33,224 nucleotides of DNA, from the NCBI GenBank assembly GCA_019352125.1, contig JABBNV010000002.1:4823-38046 (forward strand), written 5' to 3'. The translations under genes and the position numbers were made by a program. The notes beneath the pieces are model-generated. The model saw only the letters and a program-made list of their open reading frames with translations, did not search any database and had not been told where the DNA came from. Positions 27,132 to 33,224 of this stretch are shown here, in pieces (position 1 is the first letter of the stretch; every line of letters starts with the position of its first letter). This DNA comes from Acidobacteriota bacterium. GTDB taxonomy: Bacteria > Actinomycetota > Actinomycetes > Actinomycetales > Micrococcaceae.

Positions 27132-27388
27132 TCAGGCCACGCTGGTTTTCACCGCAGCTTCAACCTCGACTTTGCTCCGAAGAGTCGGGATTTGCTGAGC
27201 GCAAAGAGCTTCTCGAGGATCAGCACAATGAGCAAGACCATGAAGCCCAGCGTCAGCAAGTGAGTGTGCACCACTGCCTGTTGGGTATCCTCCGTGAAGT
27301 GCTGCGCCTTGGCGTGCTCACGGTAAAACAATCCTGAAAGTACGCCCAGTATCAAGTGGGCCAAGGAAGAGTAAAACCGTTTCTTCAC
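27132..27388 (-). pseudogene. DUF2871 family membrane protein, internally deleted and frameshifted
   Basis: 'GVLSGLFYRE...VVHTHLLTLG..VLLIVLILEKLF' matches the N-half of DUF2871. The frame stops at 79 aa, and a tail-like 'SKVEVEAAVKTSVA*' follows in another frame. Confidence 0.65.
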
Positions 27389-27528
27389 GGCAATCCCTAT
27401 GTCTCATCAGGCCCATTTGGGCCACTGATTTATGTCTAGGAATCAGTGCGGGTGGGCGGCTCAATCATTTGATTGGCTTGGGCATAACCCTTTGGCTCGG
27501 CTAACCCGCTGCGGCTAGGCAGTTGCAG

Positions 27529-28176
27529 CTAGTCCGCGGGCACAAATGCGTAGGGGACGTGCCCGGTCAGGAAGGCTGCAGCATCCCTCAGCTCCGCCGC
27601 ACCCAATCGGTGGCCCACCCCGGTGTACGTGGCAGCGGTTAGTTCCGTATTTTCCTCCAACCAATTTGCGGTGAAGTCTACCGCGTCCGGATTGATCACT
27701 AGATCCGCCACATCCCTGCCCCAAAAGAACGGGATTTTTGCCTCCAGCGGCTCCATGGCGGCCAACAGATCATTCTTCAGGACAAATCCAGACAGCCCGA
27801 CGGCGGCGGTAAAGGCTTGCGGGCGCAAACGCAACAGTGTGGTGGCCATGGCCATCCCCTGGGAATACCCCAGCAGGGATATGGAGGAGAAGCTGTGCCG
27901 TGCCATGGCTGTGTCCAGCCAGGACAGGGTTGCCGACGCTACCTTGACGACGTCGGCAAAGTCATTGTTGAGGAAGTAATCCAGCAAAAACCAGCCATAG
28001 TCCCCGGAAATCTCCAAGGGAGCCCTCAGCGCCGCGCATGTCATCGCGGATGGCATGGAGCTGAAGATGTCCGCCATCCTCTGCTCACTGGTTCCGTAGC
28101 CATGCAGCATCACCAAAAGCGGGGTCTGATCCCGCGCCGATTCATCCTTGGACCACTGCACAATCGTCACCAGCAC
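27529..28176 (-). CDS. Phospholipase/carboxylesterase (alpha/beta hydrolase)
   Basis: 'LHGYG', nucleophile 'GYSQG', 'GLSG', Asp in 'ADLVI', His in 'GVGH'. Confidence 0.9.
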   Translation of the reverse strand: MLVTIVQWSKDESARDQTPLLVMLHGYGTSEQRMADIFSSMPSAMTCAALRAPLEISGDYGWFLLDYFLNNDFADVVKVASATLSWLDTAMARHSFSSISLLGYSQGMAMATTLLRLRPQAFTAAVGLSGFVLKNDLLAAMEPLEAKIPFFWGRDVADLVINPDAVDFTANWLEENTELTAATYTGVGHRLGAAELRDAAAFLTGHVPYAFVPAD

Positions 28177-28196
28177 AGCTTCTCACGGACGGCACG

Positions 28197-28226
28197 TTGC
28201 GCACCTCGCTTTCTATGGGGTAGCGT
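28197..28226 (+). promoter_or_regulatory. Candidate promoter for an intergenic small RNA
   Basis: TTGCGC(28197-28202)-18 nt-TAGCGT(28221-28226). Confidence 0.55.
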
Positions 28227-28232
28227 TTGTAT

Positions 28233-28303
28233 CTGGTACCAAGTACCCCAAGTACTGCTGCTCCTGCCGAGCCCCCCAATATCGGCAGGAGCAGCTTCTT
28301 TTT
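28233..28303 (+). ncRNA. Candidate ~70-nt small RNA with two C-rich-loop hairpins
   Basis: AGTAC-CCCAA-GTACT hairpin, then a perfect 14-bp stem with loop GCCCCCCAATA, then TTCTTTTT. Promoter upstream and no plus-strand gene to terminate. Confidence 0.55.
28257..28303 (+). terminator. Intrinsic terminator-type hairpin in a divergent intergenic region
   Basis: GCTGCTCCTGCCGA-N11-TCGGCAGGAGCAGC-TTCTTTTT. Confidence 0.8.
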
Positions 28304-28466
28304 AACATCTCATTAGCCGCCAAAAAGCCCTCTGGCAGGCTCTTATGAAGGGTGTCTACGCGGCCACGAATTATGGTCTAGAATCACCTTCCGGTATAGT
28401 GGAAGGCCTGCCCGGAGCCGGGTGGGTAAAAGTCACACGCAAATGACCTCCATGGGAGAAGCCCAA

Positions 28467-30044
28467 ATGCCGAAAGACCGAAGCACTACACAGATCAACG
28501 AAGCGGCTATGCCGCCCGGAAAGCCCGGTAAAAGCCGGTTGCCACGCTTGAAAAAGCGCCGCTTGGAAGCGGACCACGTCAATGTGGTTGATAAGCCCCT
28601 CTTGAAAAAAGCTCTTGGCGGAACAATCGTCGGAAACACCATGGAATGGTACGACGTCGGAGTCTTTGGCTACCTCATCACCACCATGGGTCCGGTCTTT
28701 CTGCCCGAATCAGACCCCGCGGTTCAGAAGCTCTTCCTGCTCGGAACCTTTGCCGCCACCTTCATCGCCCGTCCCCTGGGTGGAATCGTCTTTGGCTGGC
28801 TGGGAGACAAGGTGGGCCGCCAGAAGGTGCTGGCCACTACTTTGCTGCTGATGGCCGCCTCCACCTTCCTGGTTGGGTTGTTGCCCAGCTACGCCATGAT
28901 TGGCATCTGGGCAGCCGTACTGCTAGTAGCACTGAAACTTGTTCAAGGCTTCTCCACGGGTGGCGAGTATGCAGGTGCCACCACGTTTGTGAGCGAATAC
29001 GCGCCGGACAAACGCCGCGGATTCTTCGCCAGTTTCCTGGACATGGGTAGCTATATCGGTTTTGCGATTGGTGCCTCACTGGTATCCATTCTGCAGATCA
29101 CTCTGGGTCAGGACGCCATGGAAGCATGGGGCTGGCGCCTGCCGTTCCTCATTGCTGGCCCCCTCGGTGCCATTGCCGTCTACTTCCGATCCAAGATCGA
29201 AGAATCTCCCCAGTTCCAGGCAGCTCTGGATCTGCAGGAAGAGGCGTCTTCCGCTGCAGCGTTGACCGATGCAGAGGTAGCCAAGGGCCCGCTGGGGCTG
29301 GTCAAGGCGTACTGGCGCCAAATTGTGTTGGCCATGATTCTTGTTGCTGCCGCCAACACCGTTGGTTATGCCCTCACCTCTTACATGCCTACCTATCTGA
29401 CCTCTGCCAAGGGGTACGACGAGTTGCACGGTACGGCGCTCACCATCCCCGTGCTGGTGATCATGTCCTTGTGTATTCCGCTCACCGGGCGGCTCTCGGA
29501 CAAGATTGGCCGCCGCCCCGTGCTATGGGTCGGTGCCATCAGCACCATAGTCCTCTCCATCCCAGCGTTCATGCTGATCGGCATTGGCGACATCTGGTCT
29601 ACCCTGTTGGGGCTGGCACTGGTGGCCTTCCCTGTCACCTTCTACGTGGCCAACCTGGCTTCCGCTTTGCCGGCCATGTTCCCCACCGCCAGCCGTTACG
29701 GTGGCATGGGCATCGCCTACAACTTTGCGGTAGCGATCTTTGGCGGTACTACACCGTTCATCATTCAGGCCCTCATTGATGGCACCAACAATGACATGAT
29801 GCCCGCGTACTACCTGATGGCCACCTCATTCGTCGGAGCCATTGCCGTGTACTTCCTCAAGGAATCAGCTGGCCGACCGTTGCCGGGCTCCATGCCCAGC
29901 GTCTACGACGAGGCAGAGGTTGAGGAGCTGGTTGCCACGCAGGATGCGAATCCTGACCTGGACCTGAATGAAATGCCGTTCGACGAAACCTATGAGCCGG
30001 CCACCCCGGCAGAAGGTATTCCCGAAACGAAGATTTCTGCCTAA
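28467..30044 (+). CDS. proP: MFS proline/glycine-betaine transporter (MHS family, ProP-like)
   Basis: 'GNTMEWYDVGVF', 'RPLGG..FG.LGDKVGR', 'QGFSTGGEYAGA', 'WGWRLPF', 'EESP', 'RPLPGSMP' and an acidic tail. ATG 28467 has a GGAG RBS; -10 candidates TAGAAT (28379) and TATAGT (28395). Confidence 0.88.
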   Translation: MPKDRSTTQINEAAMPPGKPGKSRLPRLKKRRLEADHVNVVDKPLLKKALGGTIVGNTMEWYDVGVFGYLITTMGPVFLPESDPAVQKLFLLGTFAATFIARPLGGIVFGWLGDKVGRQKVLATTLLLMAASTFLVGLLPSYAMIGIWAAVLLVALKLVQGFSTGGEYAGATTFVSEYAPDKRRGFFASFLDMGSYIGFAIGASLVSILQITLGQDAMEAWGWRLPFLIAGPLGAIAVYFRSKIEESPQFQAALDLQEEASSAAALTDAEVAKGPLGLVKAYWRQIVLAMILVAAANTVGYALTSYMPTYLTSAKGYDELHGTALTIPVLVIMSLCIPLTGRLSDKIGRRPVLWVGAISTIVLSIPAFMLIGIGDIWSTLLGLALVAFPVTFYVANLASALPAMFPTASRYGGMGIAYNFAVAIFGGTTPFIIQALIDGTNNDMMPAYYLMATSFVGAIAVYFLKESAGRPLPGSMPSVYDEAEVEELVATQDANPDLDLNEMPFDETYEPATPAEGIPETKISA

Positions 30045-30066
30045 CTCAGGACTTTTTGACCCGGCT

Positions 30067-30117
30067 TTACGAAGCCCGGTGCGCGCAGAATATCTCTGCA
30101 TGTACCGGGCTTCGTAA
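30067..30117. terminator. Long hairpin between convergent proP and SDR genes (probable bidirectional terminator)
   Basis: TTACGAAGCCCGGT-GCGCGCAGA-ATATC-TCTGCATGT-ACCGGGCTTCGTAA. Confidence 0.75.
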
Positions 30118-30156
30118 GTTAACAGCCGCTATGTACGTAGTCGGCCGTGCCGTTGG

Positions 30157-30924
30157 TTATCGTCCGCGCCGGCCCACCGCTGCGGCCAGCCGCGGGGGCA
30201 CAATCTTGGATAGGGCGATCACGGCTTTATACCGCCGCGAAGGAATGGACACGGCGCGGTGTGATTGCGCGTCCGCGAGCGCTTCAGAAACCACCTGCGG
30301 AGCATCCAGCCACATCCAATGGGTAATGGTCTTGGTGTTGGCAGACATCCGCTGATGAAATTCAGTGTGCACAAAGCCTGGGCACACCGCGGTCACGTTC
30401 ACGCCGCGCGGCCCGTACTGGAGATTGGCCCACCTGCTGAAGCTAATCACCCAGGACTTTGCTGCCCCGTAGGTACCCCGCGGAATGAAACCGGCAACGC
30501 TGGCCACGTTGATGATGCTGCCACTCCCCCGTTCCAGCATGGGTGCCAGGGCTGCGTGCATCAGTTCCATGGGCGTCTGCACCAAAATGCGTAAATGGTC
30601 CAGTTCATCCTTGAGCTGGTTTTGTTCAAATGGTTTCGCTAGGCCAAAGCCCGCGTTGTTGATGAGCAGCGTGACCGGATCCGTGGTGTCCGCAAGCCGC
30701 GCTGCCACCGTGGCAACGCCGTCGTCCGTGACCAAGTCAGCGGTCAAAACTTCCACCACAACCCCAAACTCCGCCCGCAAGCGAACGGCCTTGGCCTTCA
30801 GCCTCTCGTGGTCTCGGGCCACCAACACCAAGTCATGGTGGGACTGCGCCAACTGTTGTGCGAACTCCGCGCCGAGCCCGGAAGTGGCACCTGTGATCAA
30901 GGCAATTTTCCTCATGACCCCCAT
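30157..30924 (-). CDS. Short-chain dehydrogenase/reductase (DltE-like)
   Basis: 'TGATSGLG', 'VAR', 'NNAGFG', 'NVAS', 'YGAAK', 'CPGFVHTEFH'. Start 30924 or 30915. Confidence 0.92.
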   Translation of the reverse strand: MGVMRKIALITGATSGLGAEFAQQLAQSHHDLVLVARDHERLKAKAVRLRAEFGVVVEVLTADLVTDDGVATVAARLADTTDPVTLLINNAGFGLAKPFEQNQLKDELDHLRILVQTPMELMHAALAPMLERGSGSIINVASVAGFIPRGTYGAAKSWVISFSRWANLQYGPRGVNVTAVCPGFVHTEFHQRMSANTKTITHWMWLDAPQVVSEALADAQSHRAVSIPSRRYKAVIALSKIVPPRLAAAVGRRGR

Positions 30925-30960
30925 GCTACTCAGCTAGGCTGAGTGCACCAGCGAGGGAGC

Positions 30961-31932
30961 ATGATGAACGTCAATGATGACGCACACGTTGAAATTCTAG
31001 AGATAGCCGACGACGGCGTTGCGCGCGCGCAGGCACAGTCACCACTCGTAGAGCGTCCGGAGGCCAACCCGTACGTGATTGCACTGTGGGTACTGGCCGC
31101 CGCAGTTTTGGCTGGGGCCGTTGCCTCCGCCGCTGGGGCTGCCCTCACGCAAACCGGCGTAACCTACGGCAGCTCGGGGGGCCGGCCCACCATTTCCTCC
31201 ATGCCCTGGTATTGGTTCCTGTACCCACTGGCGAACACTTTGCCCGCGCTGGCCGCGCTGCTCTTAGGGACTGTGCTGGCACTCCACGCAGTACGGTCGC
31301 GATGGCCCAGGGGAGGACCGGGCACCCCGGCTCCGCAGCCCCTACATTCACGGGTGCTGGCCAATACTGCGCTGTGGGCCATCGTGGGAATCGCCGCAGC
31401 GGTGGGTTTCATTGGCATGAACGGAAAGTTCCAGTACTTCCTGTTTCAACTATCCTTGCGACTGCCCAACGCTCCTGCCCGTGTGGACCTGATTGCACCG
31501 TGGAGCGAAGTGTTTGACCCACTCGCCGGTTCGGCGTTTGCCGCAGCATTCTTGCTTGCGGCACTGCTGTTGGTCCGCTCTGCCTGGAACTGTGACAGCC
31601 GCAGCCTTCGAACAACTGCCCCAGTTGCGCATCGTTCTTCGCTATTTCTAATTGCGATGACTGTGGTGGCGCTGGCGACTCTGGCAATAGCGGGTGTGGC
31701 CGCCAGCGCTGCTTACACCTACCGGGTCTCAACCCTGACTCACATTATGGGGCCCAACCGAAACGTCGAGCCAGCACCCTTTGGCGCATTTCTCATGCCC
31801 GCGGCCGGCCCACTATTGCTGGCCGGTCTAGCCCTCAGCGTTGCGTGCATATTCCTCTGGCTGCATATTGCTAGGCGCCCGCAGCATCCGCATACTGGGC
31901 AAACTCCGCCGGATGCTGCTGAACAAAGCTAG
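30961..31932 (+). CDS. Hypothetical multi-pass membrane protein (about 6 TM, three-fold internal repeat)
   Basis: GAGGGAG RBS-like sequence before ATG 30961/30964, TAGGCT at 30935, six hydrophobic segments. Confidence 0.7.
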   Translation: MMNVNDDAHVEILEIADDGVARAQAQSPLVERPEANPYVIALWVLAAAVLAGAVASAAGAALTQTGVTYGSSGGRPTISSMPWYWFLYPLANTLPALAALLLGTVLALHAVRSRWPRGGPGTPAPQPLHSRVLANTALWAIVGIAAAVGFIGMNGKFQYFLFQLSLRLPNAPARVDLIAPWSEVFDPLAGSAFAAAFLLAALLLVRSAWNCDSRSLRTTAPVAHRSSLFLIAMTVVALATLAIAGVAASAAYTYRVSTLTHIMGPNRNVEPAPFGAFLMPAAGPLLLAGLALSVACIFLWLHIARRPQHPHTGQTPPDAAEQS

Positions 31933-32191
31933 CCACAAAGGGGCAGCTCGGCACAATCCGCTTCCCGGAAGCCACCACGTCATCCAAGGCGTAGCGCACC
32001 AGTACCTTCGCCAGCCCGGCACCCTGGTAGCCCGGCAAGGTCTCGGTGTGAACAAAGTCAACGTGTCCTGGAGCGTCCGTGTAGTCGGCAAAAACGGCCA
32101 GCGTTCCGGCCACCGTCAATTCGTATCTGTGCAGCTCATGGTTGTGACTTACGGCGACGTCAGTGTGGAAGCTTTCACTAGTTTCACTCAT
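31871..32191 (-). CDS. GNAT family N-acetyltransferase (YjdJ-like)
   Basis: 'RYEL', 'HTET...YQGAGLA..LV..ALDD', 'IVPSCPFV'. Confidence 0.88.
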   Translation of the reverse strand: MSETSESFHTDVAVSHNHELHRYELTVAGTLAVFADYTDAPGHVDFVHTETLPGYQGAGLAKVLVRYALDDVVASGKRIVPSCPFVASFVQQHPAEFAQYADAAGA

Positions 32192-32236
32192 GTCCGTAGC
32201 TTTGCACTGCGGCGCGGGGTTGTCGAGGGGGTGCCT

Positions 32237-33224
32237 TTATCCGTGCCCGCTAGGCGAACAAATAAAGTGCGCCACGAACGCGCTCCAGCCGGTTTGATGG
32301 GTAGCACCCAAACCCTCTCCGGTATCCCCGTGGAAATATTCGCTGAACACTGGGTGCGGGTCCCATAGCGGGCCACTGGGAAAGTCCCTGGGCGTGCCGG
32401 GTCGGCGTCCACGCTCTCCTGGTCGGTAGAGGTCAGTGAGCCTGACTTTGATCTCCTCCGCTTCTGCCCGATAGCCCAGTTCTGTCAATGCGCCCACCAA
32501 TAATGCGTTGACAGGGAACCAGACTGGACCCCGCCAATTGGAGTTGCCGCCAAAGAGCCCCGAATCCGAAACTCCCGGCAAGTAGGCCATGGTCATGGAC
32601 CGGCCGTCAACGTCAACACTGAACGGCTCCCGGTATGCAGCAGAGAGCGCTCTGATTCCGTGATCGGACAGGAATTCTGCTGGATCCAACAGCCGCTTCA
32701 AAACTCGCTGCCGCCTGTCTTCCTCCAACAATGCCAAGGTTCCTGCGCGGAAGTGATCCGTCTGCTTGCTCAATCTAGCCAGCTTGGCAGCAAACGCTGG
32801 CAAGCTTGTAGTGGCCCACTCCGGCAAGGCGGTCACTGCTAGGAGTGGCATCAAGCCCACCATGGAGCGCACCCGAAGTTGTTCTTCTGTGCCGTCGGGC
32901 CGGAGCAACACGTCATAGAAGAATCCGTCGTCCTCATTCCAGAGCGAATTACCGGTGTAACCAAAGTTCTCCATCGCGTCAGCAATGCCGAAGAACTGCC
33001 CCAGGAAGTAGCTGGCCATGTCTTCCCAGCTGGGGTCCGTACTAGCAAGTTCCAGCGCAATACGCAGCATCCCCAGCGCATAGAATGCCATCCAGCTACT
33101 GGCATCAGACTGCTCCAAGCGGTATCCGGGTGGCATCGGAGCGGACCGGTCAAAGAGGCCGATATTGTCCATACCCAGGAACCCGCCCTCAAACAGGTGG
33201 TTTCCGTCCGCGTCCTTCCGGTTG
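32237..33224 (-). CDS. MGH1-like / GH63 family glucosidase, 3' part (starts beyond the window)
   Basis: Frame open to the window edge: 'NRKDADGNHLFEGGFLGMDNIGLFDRS', 'DGFFYD', 'RSMVGLMPL', 'FGGNSNWRGPVW', 'EYFHGDTGEGLGATHQTGW'. Confidence 0.92.
   Translation of the reverse strand, partial: NRKDADGNHLFEGGFLGMDNIGLFDRSAPMPPGYRLEQSDASSWMAFYALGMLRIALELASTDPSWEDMASYFLGQFFGIADAMENFGYTGNSLWNEDDGFFYDVLLRPDGTEEQLRVRSMVGLMPLLAVTALPEWATTSLPAFAAKLARLSKQTDHFRAGTLALLEEDRRQRVLKRLLDPAEFLSDHGIRALSAAYREPFSVDVDGRSMTMAYLPGVSDSGLFGGNSNWRGPVWFPVNALLVGALTELGYRAEAEEIKVRLTDLYRPGERGRRPGTPRDFPSGPLWDPHPVFSEYFHGDTGEGLGATHQTGWSAFVAHFICSPSGHG

Noticed and set aside
28148..28348. 66-aa plus-strand ORF as the transcript ended by the 28257-28303 terminator
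   Set aside because: It starts inside the opposite-strand esterase gene, upstream of the candidate promoter, and runs through the terminator.

Overview
A GC-rich actinobacterial chromosome segment; gene content and style suggest Micrococcaceae (Arthrobacter-like), which is an inference. In order it holds an Asp23/Gls24 envelope-stress cluster, an MFS-USP pair, a tRNA-Glu/Asp/Phe operon, an NlpC/P60 hydrolase, a tandem USP, a PLP-enzyme/FAD-lactone-oxidase/mini-flavoprotein unit, copC, an NCS2 permease-hutG pair, hutH/hutU with an IclR-type HutR and its operator, bdhA, a spermidine-synthase-like gene, an MTH1187 gene, TetR, a GDPD-GH15-DoxX-azlC-azlD operon, DUF445, a DUF2871 pseudogene, an esterase, proP, an SDR, a membrane protein, a GNAT and a partial GH63-like glucosidase. 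I saw no integrase, transposase or CRISPR array. The most interesting signals are non-coding: (1) a candidate stand-alone ~70-nt sRNA at ~28233-28303 with its own promoter, two C-rich loops and a terminator; (2) a six-unit array in exact 9-bp phase plus a long structured leader before the NlpC/P60 gene; (3) a perfect 26-bp-arm palindrome at 4380-4433. Product calls come from motif recognition, not database searches.
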